DNA of 64,000 bases, taken from assembly GCA_965216565.1 (NCBI GenBank), contig OZ244170.1, positions 3,936,001 to 4,000,000 of the forward strand, in the 5' to 3' direction. The translations under genes were made by a program, and so were the position numbers. Source of the DNA: Bythopirellula sp. Its GTDB lineage: Bacteria; Planctomycetota; Planctomycetia; Pirellulales; Lacipirellulaceae. The notes beneath the pieces were generated by a model. The model saw nothing but the letters and a program-made list of their open reading frames with translations, did no database searches and was not told the DNA's origin. Positions 1-8,575 of this stretch are shown here, one piece after another (position 1 is the first letter of the stretch; every line of letters starts with the position of its first letter).

Positions 1-151
1 CGGGTTTAATTCGCGGACCATCGAGGTCTTCGATACGAAGCACGATCGTCCAGCCACGCTGGCGAGCGAGTGCCCAGTTGACCAGAAACGTCCGAGCGTT
101 GCCCAAGTGCAGAGCGCCGGTTGGTGAGGGAGCAAGTCGAGTCTTGGGCAT
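1..151 (-). CDS. gluQRS: Glutamyl-Q tRNA(Asp) synthetase, N-terminal part (runs off the window edge; not in ORF track)
   Basis: Manual translation from ATG 151: [50 protein letters not shown]. It has a HIGH-type motif (HLGN), and LRIEDLDxPR fits GluQRS better than GltX (usually LRIEDTD). Confidence 0.85.
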   Translation of the reverse strand, partial: MPKTRLAPSPTGALHLGNARTFLVNWALARQRGWTIVLRIEDLDGPRIKP

Positions 152-234
152 AAGTGAGTGATGGCCAATTGGGTATGGGGAGCTGCGACCTATTATGAGA
201 AACGCGGCTAGTTTGGGCCAGTTGGCGGCCCTGA

Positions 235-404
235 GAGAATCTCCTCAACCTTTATCCTACAACCGGCACGTTCGCGCAAATCGGTACAGGCATTGGATTA
301 GACGTACGGGGGATTGAGTGGGTCGTGCCCGAGTCGGCGGCGGTGGACTCGCCATGCTGGCTGCGGGGCTGTTAATTGCTTGCAGAACCCGAAAGTTCGG
401 GTAA
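235..404 (+). pseudogene. Frameshifted 3' remnant of a PEP-CTERM protein gene
   Basis: Frame +1 reads [33 protein letters not shown] (235-333). After a one-base shift it continues GGGGLAMLAAGLLIACRTRKFG* (336-404), i.e. VPE + hydrophobic helix + basic tail. No start codon; in-frame TGA at 232-234. Confidence 0.55.
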
Positions 405-614
405 TATAAGAATAGACCCTCATTCGAGGGGTTACCTTCCTTATCAGGTCTGGTGCTTGTGGATCGCATTCCAATTAGTTCTTCCTAAACCCGCATTCGG
501 GTGAAGAGCTTTCTTTTATTGACTTCCCATTTCATTGGCGAAGTCGGTCTCCCCAACACGCGAGCCGTGTTTGCGCACCCGATTTTGTCTCATTAATATT
601 TTCACAGGTTCACC

Positions 615-1487
615 ATGTATAGCACTACTAGATTTTTGTGTTTTATCGTTATCTTCTTGGTCAGCAGTTGTCATCAAGCGTTGGCCAAATTTGATCTGCA
701 GGTCAATCTAATTGAGTCTGGATTTAATTCCAGTCAGATCGCCATCCTCAACGATTCCATTGCCCAGGCCAAAGCCGTTTGGGACGATGTGCTCATCGGT
801 TATCAGGCTGGCATCAGCAATCCCGGGGTAACTGTCACAGTCCGTCAAGGTTCGACCTTTGCGGAAGCGCAGATCAACAGCAGCACGGTTCAGGGAGGAT
901 TCGCTTTTCCAGTGACTGCTACAGTACGCATCAACCCTGCCGTTGTCACAGCATTCAGTGCTTGGGACGGTTCGGGGCCGACTGATCCAGATCCTAATTT
1001 TATTGGACTCAACTACGTCGACGACATACTCGCCCACGAGATTGGGCATGGCCTGGGCATCGGCACGCTCTGGACATCCAACGGATTATACACTGGTGGT
1101 TCCTTCAGATACCGCGGTGCTAATGGAGTCCGGGCCTACCGTCGCGAGTTCGATCCGAATGCCACCTTTGTGCCGGTGGAAGACGCTGGCAGCAGCGGCA
1201 CGATGAACACTCACTGGGACCAAATCATGCGAAGCAGCACGCAAGAAGGGAACCCTGGCGATCCCTGGAGCTTGGATCCGCGCGTGGGCGTAACCGATTT
1301 GCTCGGGCGAGACCGCGCTTTGGAATTAATGACCGGCGCACTCGACCCCGACTACGGCGAGCCATTCTTGAGCAGCACCACGATTGCTTCGATGCGGGAT
1401 ATGGGCTACCGCACGATTCCGGAGCCATCGGCTATATTGTTGGCACTAATGGGAGTGCTTGGCATGGGCCGCAGACGCACGGGTTAG
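615..1487 (+). CDS. PEP-CTERM-anchored zinc metalloprotease, leishmanolysin (M8)-like
   Basis: Signal peptide; HEIGHGLG zinc motif; distal GSSGTMNTHW; ELMT Met-turn; C-terminal IPEPS-hydrophobic-RRR. Confidence 0.85.
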   Translation: MYSTTRFLCFIVIFLVSSCHQALAKFDLQVNLIESGFNSSQIAILNDSIAQAKAVWDDVLIGYQAGISNPGVTVTVRQGSTFAEAQINSSTVQGGFAFPVTATVRINPAVVTAFSAWDGSGPTDPDPNFIGLNYVDDILAHEIGHGLGIGTLWTSNGLYTGGSFRYRGANGVRAYRREFDPNATFVPVEDAGSSGTMNTHWDQIMRSSTQEGNPGDPWSLDPRVGVTDLLGRDRALELMTGALDPDYGEPFLSSTTIASMRDMGYRTIPEPSAILLALMGVLGMGRRRTG

Positions 1488-1504
1488 GGTAATTTGCCTG
1501 TCAG

Positions 1505-2236
1505 TCATTTATCCTGATCGCTCAGATCGTCGCCACCCTCTTGCACAATTGCCTTGGTGATCTGCTTGCGTAGCGTCTCGAGCTGATCGATCTGTTTCCG
1601 TAGGCGAATTAGTTCTCGGTCGATGCTATCCACGTTCCGTTCTTCCATGGCGTTCAGGGGCCGGTCGTTGTTGGTGTCAGTCCTGCTGATACGGTGCAGC
1701 AATGGAATCAGCAGCGAAAGAGCAGCGTCTACGATCGACAAAGCTGCCAGGAATCGAAGCGCACGATCGCCATCGATTTCCCATACAAGCATAACTGAGG
1801 CGAGAATCGCCAGGCCATAGACGATTTGAATCGCGATCAGGTAAACCCACGAAAACCTTTTGGCCAAGCGAGCAATCGAGAGCAGGCAGACCTGGACCGT
1901 CGCTAACGTAAAGATGGCAAATACGCCAATGGTTTTGAGATACCACTCAGATTCAAACTCCGGCCAAATCGCAATCATCAGTAGAACGGTCGTCACGAAG
2001 GTAAGCAACATTCCGACGTAGGGCAGTCCATTGCTGCGACGAGGTGTTCGAGAGAGATCGCATGCCAGGCCACACAGACTTGCCACAGCCAAGACGATAG
2101 TAGTAATCATGACGCGGACTTCGAACCAATTCCACTGACCTCGAAGTATGATGACTACTCCAGCAATTGCCCCTAGGACGACCGACCCGGTTAAGAGCTT
2201 TAACATAAGCCGTTTGAGTGAGGATTTTTCTTTCAT
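1505..2236 (-). CDS. Integral membrane protein (~6 TM) with C-terminal coiled coil
   Basis: 243-aa ORF with repeated hydrophobic helices and a charged heptad tail (IDRELIRLRKQIDQLETLRKQI). Confidence 0.8.
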   Translation of the reverse strand: MKEKSSLKRLMLKLLTGSVVLGAIAGVVIILRGQWNWFEVRVMITTIVLAVASLCGLACDLSRTPRRSNGLPYVGMLLTFVTTVLLMIAIWPEFESEWYLKTIGVFAIFTLATVQVCLLSIARLAKRFSWVYLIAIQIVYGLAILASVMLVWEIDGDRALRFLAALSIVDAALSLLIPLLHRISRTDTNNDRPLNAMEERNVDSIDRELIRLRKQIDQLETLRKQITKAIVQEGGDDLSDQDK

Positions 2237-2277
2237 AGTATTTGCTTGTTGGTTATTTTTTTGAGAGTGACAAGCAG

Positions 2278-2306
2278 GCTCGTCGACGCGGGGGGCGTCG
2301 ACGAGC
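2278..2306. repeat. Perfect 12-bp inverted repeat between two co-oriented genes
   Basis: GCTCGTCGACGC-GGGGG-GCGTCGACGAGC with no adjacent U-tract, so more likely an mRNA stability/processing hairpin than a terminator. Confidence 0.6.
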
Positions 2307-2351
2307 GCTGCCAGTATTGCCCGACACTGCCAACAGCGGCGGGCCCACGGT

Positions 2352-4907
2352 CTATCGCCATTTCAACACTTGAAACACTCCCTCGCCTTCGCGAACCTTC
2401 TCGGGCAGTGCTAGTAAACGATCGCGATAAATGCTCAACAGGACAGCCACCAAGAAAAACAGTCCTCCGCCCACCATCATATAGATCGCCGTTGTTTGAA
2501 GCTGATTGGGAATACGCAACAGGCCAAGCAAACTAACGACGTACACGGTGAGTGCACCACTGCCTAGCAGGGTCGAGGATCGAATGCGACAAACAATTCC
2601 GATACCCAAGAGCCCTAGGCCGACTGCCAAGACTCCAATCTCGTGGAGCATGACCCAACCCCAGGCGTGGGAAGATCCCCAAATTCGCTGTTGCAACAGC
2701 CCTATCAATAGAGGCACGCTGCTAAGGATGCTTCCAAAAGCCAAGTTGAAGCTTACCAGTTCGTTCCGCCGCTCTGTTTCGCGGAACCAACCGTAATATC
2801 CAAAGGCCAGCATGATCAAACCACCACAGGTCACAAGAAGTTCGCTTTTTTGCAAGAAAGTGAATGGGCTAAGCACATTGACCACGAGCATCGTGACAAG
2901 CACTTCGCCGGCGGCAAGCACGAGGAAACTTCGGCGCCAGGCATCTTGTCGAGTGAGTAATGCGGCTACGAGCGATGCTACGATTTGCACAGCCAGCAGC
3001 CCCAATAGCGACGCATTCGCTTCGTTTACTAAGACGCGCGCCAACGAAAGTAAGAGCGCCGCCACGCCGCCCAATCCAATCCCCACCCAGCTAAAGTAGT
3101 GGCACTGTTTGAGCCTCTTCTCGCCAAATACACCTGTTGCTTCCAGCAACCGTGCCGCAACTAGTGCAACCAATCCCACCGTCGTGGCAGCCACAATCGG
3201 CGCGTATTGAGTGTAATCGAGCCAAAGAAGCGTCTGCCAAACACTCACGCACAACGAGATAGCGGACAGCACCGGCGACATAGCACGGCGTGAATGAACA
3301 CTTGCCATACCAAAGCTAAGCGAAGACGCAGCAAATAGCAGGCTGAGCCAAAGATGGGGTGCGGCAACGGCAAGGACTTCCACCAGACCCAATATCGCAG
3401 CCAACCCTACAATTAAGAGTAGGCAGGTGACCAATTCGGCTGCGCGAGACCATGCTAAGCGGCGTGCTTCACTCTTGGTAACCAAAGACGCGACTACGAT
3501 TGCCAAGGGAATCAGCATTTCAGCTACCAACGTGATTGCTGTAAGGGGTATGCCAACCATCGACAGCGTGCCTGCCGTGGAGAACATGGCGAAAACAGCC
3601 GCCAACTGCCAGTTGCGTATAACTCTTGCAGACTTGGATTCCCGCTCTGCCCGAATCGCACTCCATACACAACTCGCTGAAGCAACTGACATTGCTACGA
3701 TGAACAGGCCCTCGAATTGATAGGGGAATGCGTCGCTCAGAACTTCCAGTCGAGCGCGGCCATAGAGTAATAGCCCCAAAAGCCCGGTTGTGACGTGAAG
3801 TCCACTGACGATCGGTCCAGAAGACTGAAGCAAAGCTTGCAGTTGCTGGGTGAGTGGTCCTCCGCTTCCACTCTCGCTCTGAGAGGTTCTCGCCATGTTG
3901 AGAGCCAGGGCCGTGACGGCCAGCAGCAAGGTGACTAGCGACATCGTGAATGGAATACTAAGTAAGTCGAGCAAAATCACTGCCGCCCAAAGCACGGTGA
4001 GTACCGCCGAAACAATGTATCTTCCACCGGCCCTGACAACGAGTTGGGAGTAAACGTAGGAATAGGCTCCTGCCATCGCTAGCAGCAGGGCGAATAGTTT
4101 GAGATGCGTTTGGGTTGAGACTAGTGGCTTCGCGAACCAGCCCAGGTCGGCAAAGAAGGTTTCGTAAAACAGTCCACACAACCTGCCCCCTAAGAGTAGC
4201 AGCAGCCCTGCTGCTAGAGCCGTGTGACCTGCTTGAAAGAATGCTTTTCCAAAATTCTGACGACTGAAAGGACCTTCGCCCGACGCAAATGCGCGCTCGG
4301 CATGAATGCAGATCATGCCAATCACAACTAATAGTGTGGAGGGGGAAAGAATCTCCCAGAATCTCCCAATGTTTTGATCGGCCAATAGCAGGAGCCCTGT
4401 CATCGCTACGCCACCTACAATGGCAAACACGAATTTGGGGTCGGCTAAAACCCTGGCAACAGACGCGTAGATCAAACAGCAAGCCACCGCCGGCACCCAT
4501 AGATGCCCTCCCTGGTCGAGCGTGATCAATCCCTGGGCATCATAGAACCATAGGTTCAACGGCATCACTAGGCAGCCGAGCATCGTAATCGCTTTGCCGG
4601 CGGTTTGATAGCGCGTGTATCGGGCCGTTGCCATGCCCGCAGCGACTACGGCGCAATTCGTAATTCCTAAGCAGGTGGCTACGACGACAGGGTTTTCGAA
4701 AACACCAACCGACCAGAGCCACACGACAAGTCCCACAACAAGTAACCCCGCCCCGCAGGCCATCAAGCCTTGTAGTGATTTCGGGTTGAGGAGTACCTCA
4801 ATGAAACTACGTGACGACTTTTTGCCGATGGTGTTTTCCACGGCCGCTTCCTCGACAACTGTGACTTTTACAAACTCTTCTTCTGGTTGCTGGTGATGAT
4901 CGGCCAT
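2352..4907 (-). CDS. Large polytopic membrane protein (>20 hydrophobic segments), function unknown
   Basis: Long ORF hydrophobic almost throughout. ATG 4907 chosen over the track's TTG 4934. Confidence 0.8.
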   Translation of the reverse strand: MADHHQQPEEEFVKVTVVEEAAVENTIGKKSSRSFIEVLLNPKSLQGLMACGAGLLVVGLVVWLWSVGVFENPVVVATCLGITNCAVVAAGMATARYTRYQTAGKAITMLGCLVMPLNLWFYDAQGLITLDQGGHLWVPAVACCLIYASVARVLADPKFVFAIVGGVAMTGLLLLADQNIGRFWEILSPSTLLVVIGMICIHAERAFASGEGPFSRQNFGKAFFQAGHTALAAGLLLLLGGRLCGLFYETFFADLGWFAKPLVSTQTHLKLFALLLAMAGAYSYVYSQLVVRAGGRYIVSAVLTVLWAAVILLDLLSIPFTMSLVTLLLAVTALALNMARTSQSESGSGGPLTQQLQALLQSSGPIVSGLHVTTGLLGLLLYGRARLEVLSDAFPYQFEGLFIVAMSVASASCVWSAIRAERESKSARVIRNWQLAAVFAMFSTAGTLSMVGIPLTAITLVAEMLIPLAIVVASLVTKSEARRLAWSRAAELVTCLLLIVGLAAILGLVEVLAVAAPHLWLSLLFAASSLSFGMASVHSRRAMSPVLSAISLCVSVWQTLLWLDYTQYAPIVAATTVGLVALVAARLLEATGVFGEKRLKQCHYFSWVGIGLGGVAALLLSLARVLVNEANASLLGLLAVQIVASLVAALLTRQDAWRRSFLVLAAGEVLVTMLVVNVLSPFTFLQKSELLVTCGGLIMLAFGYYGWFRETERRNELVSFNLAFGSILSSVPLLIGLLQQRIWGSSHAWGWVMLHEIGVLAVGLGLLGIGIVCRIRSSTLLGSGALTVYVVSLLGLLRIPNQLQTTAIYMMVGGGLFFLVAVLLSIYRDRLLALPEKVREGEGVFQVLKWR

Positions 4908-4989
4908 GGCCCAATCCCCCGATTTGTTTGGCAACGCGCAGCTAGGCGAGACCGTGAACTCGAAGAACCTGCTGCACGCCTACCTTCAA

Positions 4990-5006
4990 AGCAGAACTGG
5001 TGCCAG
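4990..5006 (-). promoter_or_regulatory. Sigma54 (-24/-12) promoter for the membrane-protein operon
   Basis: Minus strand CTGGCACCAGTTCTGCT gives TGGCAC and exact GG-N10-GC spacing, ~83 nt upstream of ATG 4907, next to a GAFTGA activator gene. Confidence 0.75.
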
Positions 5007-5080
5007 TAACCGGAAAATCGACCTAAGATATGTTCCAATAGGTACTTAGGGAGATGAGGCAGCAGCACCGTAGGGTCAGG

Positions 5081-5119
5081 GTATACTTTCAGTGTACCGT
5101 CAGTGTACACCCTTTGTAC
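5081..5119. promoter_or_regulatory. Phased direct repeats, candidate upstream activating sequence
   Basis: TAC at 5084, 5095, 5106 and 5117 (exact 11-bp period); TCAGTGTAC occurs twice (5089-5097, 5100-5108). Confidence 0.55.
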
Positions 5120-5142
5120 TCAGCCTTTAGAAGAGACGAACC

Positions 5143-6717
5143 ATGATTTCAGCCTCAGAGCGGAAATTCGTCCAGCTGCTTTCTCAACTGGCTTATAGCA
5201 ATCCATTCCAACCACAGCGCCTCGAATTAGAACGACAAGCGCTTGGGAAAGAGTACCAACACGAAGATCAGATCGCTTGGAGCAAGAACCAGCACATCGA
5301 AGATGCGGATCGGCCCAACGTAGTGAGCCTCACGACGCGAGCCGAAGAATTGGTCGATCGATTACGGGAACAGATCGAACTGGACAACAATGTTTCGGCA
5401 GCGGAGCAAACCCAATATCAGGATTTAGTGCTCTACGTTCTCTATTATCGTCACGTGAGCAAGATCCACGTCGATCAAAACTTGCTTGCCTCGCGCCGAT
5501 CGCGACAACAAATTGCCAAAGCATGGCGGGCCTTTCGCCCGCAATACGAACACTATCTCGTCCTGCCGCAACTTAGGCTACCTTTGGCCGAGGAGGCAGC
5601 CCATTTGTTTGCGTGTTTCTTCCAGATACGTCGTGCCTTTCGGAATGTCTTCGACCATATCCTGGGTGATTCACGACCGGCCGCCGAAGTGCGCGGGATG
5701 GTGTGGCAGTCGGTCTTCACTCACGACATGCGGCGTTACCAAACTTCGCTGCACGATCGGATGCGAGACATCACGACCCTAGTCACAGGCGCTTCGGGAA
5801 CGGGTAAGGAACTGGTCGCAAGAGCGATAGGTTTGTCGCAGTACATTCCTTTCGATGCCGAGAAAGAGCAGTTTGCGGGCGACCTGGAACGGGCCTTTTT
5901 ACCAGTAAATCTCTCTGCCCTGTCTCCCACTCTGATTGAGTCGGAACTGTTCGGGCACAGTAAGGGAGCATTTACTGGCGCGGTAGCCGACCGAACAGGT
6001 TGGCTCGAAAGTTGCCCGCCACATGGCGCGATTTTTCTCGATGAAATCGGGGAGCTCGAGCCTCAGTTGCAGGTCAAACTGCTACGAGTCGCGCAGAATC
6101 GTACCTATTCACGTATCGGAGAAGTTCAGGATTGCCAGTTCTGCGGCAAGCTAATTGCCGCTACCAATCGGGATTTGACCACGGAGATTCGCGAAGGCAG
6201 GTTTCGCGAGGACTTATTCTACAGGCTTTGCAGTGATCGCATTGAAATGCCTTCTTTGCAGACTCATCTTGAAGATCGTGCCGAGGCACTGGAGGGTTTT
6301 GTTGCCTTCATTACGAAGCAATTGGTGGGTGACGAGAGTGAGAAACTAACTAGCGAAACTCTCGAGTGGATCGAGAAGGAGATGGGCTCTGGGTACCACT
6401 GGCCGGGGAATATTCGTGAGCTTGAACAATGTGTCCGGAATATTTTGGTGCGACGCCACTACACTCCCCGAGAGACAGTTGAGGAACAGGCTGGCCCGGC
6501 AGCATCGCAGGCGTGGCTTCGTGAAGCTCAGGCCGGAACACTTACCCATGCGGAACTACTTACGAATTATTGCACTTGGGTCTATGCCAAGCTCGGTAGC
6601 TATCAACAGACGGCTGCCGCGTTGGGACTCGATCGCCGAACTGTGAAGTCGAAGATCGATCGAAAATTGCTCAATCAGCTCACGCGAGAAAGCAAAAACT
6701 TTTCAGCCATCCTGTAG
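5143..6717 (+). CDS. Sigma54-dependent enhancer-binding protein (AAA+, C-terminal HTH), unrecognised N-terminal domain
   Basis: Walker A GASGTGKE, ESELFGH..GAFTGA, Walker B FLDEIGE, FREDLFYRL, WPGNIREL, Fis-like HTH TAAALGLDRRTV. Confidence 0.92.
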   Translation: MISASERKFVQLLSQLAYSNPFQPQRLELERQALGKEYQHEDQIAWSKNQHIEDADRPNVVSLTTRAEELVDRLREQIELDNNVSAAEQTQYQDLVLYVLYYRHVSKIHVDQNLLASRRSRQQIAKAWRAFRPQYEHYLVLPQLRLPLAEEAAHLFACFFQIRRAFRNVFDHILGDSRPAAEVRGMVWQSVFTHDMRRYQTSLHDRMRDITTLVTGASGTGKELVARAIGLSQYIPFDAEKEQFAGDLERAFLPVNLSALSPTLIESELFGHSKGAFTGAVADRTGWLESCPPHGAIFLDEIGELEPQLQVKLLRVAQNRTYSRIGEVQDCQFCGKLIAATNRDLTTEIREGRFREDLFYRLCSDRIEMPSLQTHLEDRAEALEGFVAFITKQLVGDESEKLTSETLEWIEKEMGSGYHWPGNIRELEQCVRNILVRRHYTPRETVEEQAGPAASQAWLREAQAGTLTHAELLTNYCTWVYAKLGSYQQTAAALGLDRRTVKSKIDRKLLNQLTRESKNFSAIL

Positions 6718-6814
6718 GTCTGCCAACCCATTGGCGAGTCGGTTTTGCGGCAGACGTCCTCTTTGGGCATCGATACAATGGGAGAATCCCAGTTTCGATC
6801 AAGGAGCCAGCCCT

Positions 6815-7282
6815 GTGCCATCCAAGAGTGAATCACTTCCAATTGTTGGATGGCGCGAGTGGGTTTCACTGCCCGACCTCGGGATCAATCGCATTAAGGC
6901 AAAGGTCGACACGGGAGCACGTTCGTCCTCGCTCCATGCATTTGATATCGAGGAATTCCAAAGAGAGGACAAGCCTTGGGTTCGGTTCAAAGTTCAACCG
7001 GTGCAACGCAAGGACGACAGGGTAGTGATCGCTGAGGCCAGGGTGCTGGAGCATCGCTCGGTTCGCAGTTCCAGCGGCGAGTCTTCTACCCGCCCGGTGA
7101 TTCTGACCAATGTCGTATTGCTAAAAATGAAAATCGAAGTTGAATTAACCTTGGCAAATCGAGACGAGATGGGTTTCCGCATGTTGCTCGGTCGCGAGGC
7201 CGTCCGTGGACGCTTTTTGGTAGACTCAGGCCGGTCATACTACGGCGGCAGACGAAAGCTGAAGAAGAAACGAAAATCATAG
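6815..7282 (+). CDS. RimK-associated retropepsin-like protease (RimB-like; 'ATP-dependent zinc protease' family)
   Basis: VGWREWV, AKVDTGARSSSLH, RDEMGFRMLLGR; GTG 6815 follows AAGGAG at 6801-6806; directly upstream of rimK. Confidence 0.85.
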   Translation: MPSKSESLPIVGWREWVSLPDLGINRIKAKVDTGARSSSLHAFDIEEFQREDKPWVRFKVQPVQRKDDRVVIAEARVLEHRSVRSSSGESSTRPVILTNVVLLKMKIEVELTLANRDEMGFRMLLGREAVRGRFLVDSGRSYYGGRRKLKKKRKS

Positions 7283-7326
7283 AGCTGAGATTTCCCCTCA
7301 GCCGAACCGCTTATTAGAAGAGAGAA

Positions 7327-8571
7327 ATGAAACTCGCCATCCTATCGTGCAGCCCCAAATGCTATAGCACGCGTCGTTTACGCGAAGCGGCGGATCAGCG
7401 CGGTCATAAAGTGAAGGTGCTCAACACGCTAAACTTCGCCATCGATTTGCGTGAGGGCGATCCTGATTTGTTTTATCGGCAAAAGCTACTTTCGCATTAC
7501 GATGCGATCTTGCCGCGCATCGGTGCCTCGATCACCTATTATGGCACAGCCGTCGTTCGGCAATTCGAGCAGATGGATATTTTTTGCGCCAACTCCTCTT
7601 CGGGACTAACAAATTCCCGAGACAAACTTCGGAGTTTGCAAATCTTAAGTAAACACCATATCGGCATCCCGGAAACTACTTTTGTACGCGACAAAAAGGA
7701 CGTGTTGCCTGCGATCGAAAGAGTGGGCGGGGCTCCGGTGGTCATCAAGTTGATCGAAGGTACTCAAGGTATCGGTGTGTTGCTGGCTGAATCGGTAAAA
7801 TCAGCCGAGGCGATTATCGAATTGCTGCAAAGCCAAAAGCAGAGTGTGCTAATCCAAAAGTTTGTGGCTGAGAGCAAAGGACGCGACATCCGCGCCTTCG
7901 TAATCGGAGATCGCGTGGTCGCTGCCATGCGACGTGTGGCCCAGGGCCAGGAGTTTCGTAGCAATGTGCATCGGGGGGGTCGGACCGAACAGGTAGTGCT
8001 CGACACAACCTACTGCGAGACGGCTATTCGGGCTGCCCAAATCATGGGGCTGCGTATCGCAGGTGTCGATATGCTGGAAAGCTCGGAGGGTCCGCAAATT
8101 ATGGAAGTCAATTCCTCGCCAGGCTTGGAAGGAATTGAACGGTGTACTCAACTCGACATTGCAGGTGCGGTGATCGACTACATCGCCGCCCAGGTCGACT
8201 TTCCCGAAATCGATTTACGCCAACGGCTCACCGTCAGCCGTGGATACGGTGTGGCAGAGATTTTGGTGCCGGAGGGCTCCGAGTATGTCGACAAATCGAT
8301 CAGCGATTCGGGACTCCGTGAAAAAGACATCAATGCGCTAACTCTGTACCGCGGCGAAAAAACCATTCCCAACCCCCGCTCCGACCGTTTACTGGAACCG
8401 GGCGATCGCCTACTTTGCTTTGGTAAGCTAGAACGTATGCGAGATTTGATACCTGCCAAAACTCGCCGTAAGCGTAGGCCGAAGGTAAAGGATCTTCCCG
8501 ATTTGCCAGTGGCCGACGAGGTGCTTTCTGATGAACCTCAGTCCGCCGCAGCCAACAAAGCCGGATCTTAA
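7327..8571 (+). CDS. rimK: RimK-family ATP-grasp alpha-L-glutamate ligase with C-terminal TrkA-C (RCK_C)-like domain
   Basis: YSTRRLREAA, LPRIGAS, SRDKLRSLQIL, GTQGIGV, FRSNVHRGG, EVNSSPGLEGIE; extra ~110-aa tail with VAEILVPEGS..LYRG..PNP..LEPGDRL. Confidence 0.9.
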   Translation: MKLAILSCSPKCYSTRRLREAADQRGHKVKVLNTLNFAIDLREGDPDLFYRQKLLSHYDAILPRIGASITYYGTAVVRQFEQMDIFCANSSSGLTNSRDKLRSLQILSKHHIGIPETTFVRDKKDVLPAIERVGGAPVVIKLIEGTQGIGVLLAESVKSAEAIIELLQSQKQSVLIQKFVAESKGRDIRAFVIGDRVVAAMRRVAQGQEFRSNVHRGGRTEQVVLDTTYCETAIRAAQIMGLRIAGVDMLESSEGPQIMEVNSSPGLEGIERCTQLDIAGAVIDYIAAQVDFPEIDLRQRLTVSRGYGVAEILVPEGSEYVDKSISDSGLREKDINALTLYRGEKTIPNPRSDRLLEPGDRLLCFGKLERMRDLIPAKTRRKRRPKVKDLPDLPVADEVLSDEPQSAAANKAGS

Positions 8572-8575
8572 GTCG

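Noticed and set aside
6..469. Track ORFs 6..248 and 257..469 (minus)
   Set aside because: No protein-like features. The real coding signals are gluQRS in another minus frame and the PEP-CTERM relic on the plus strand.
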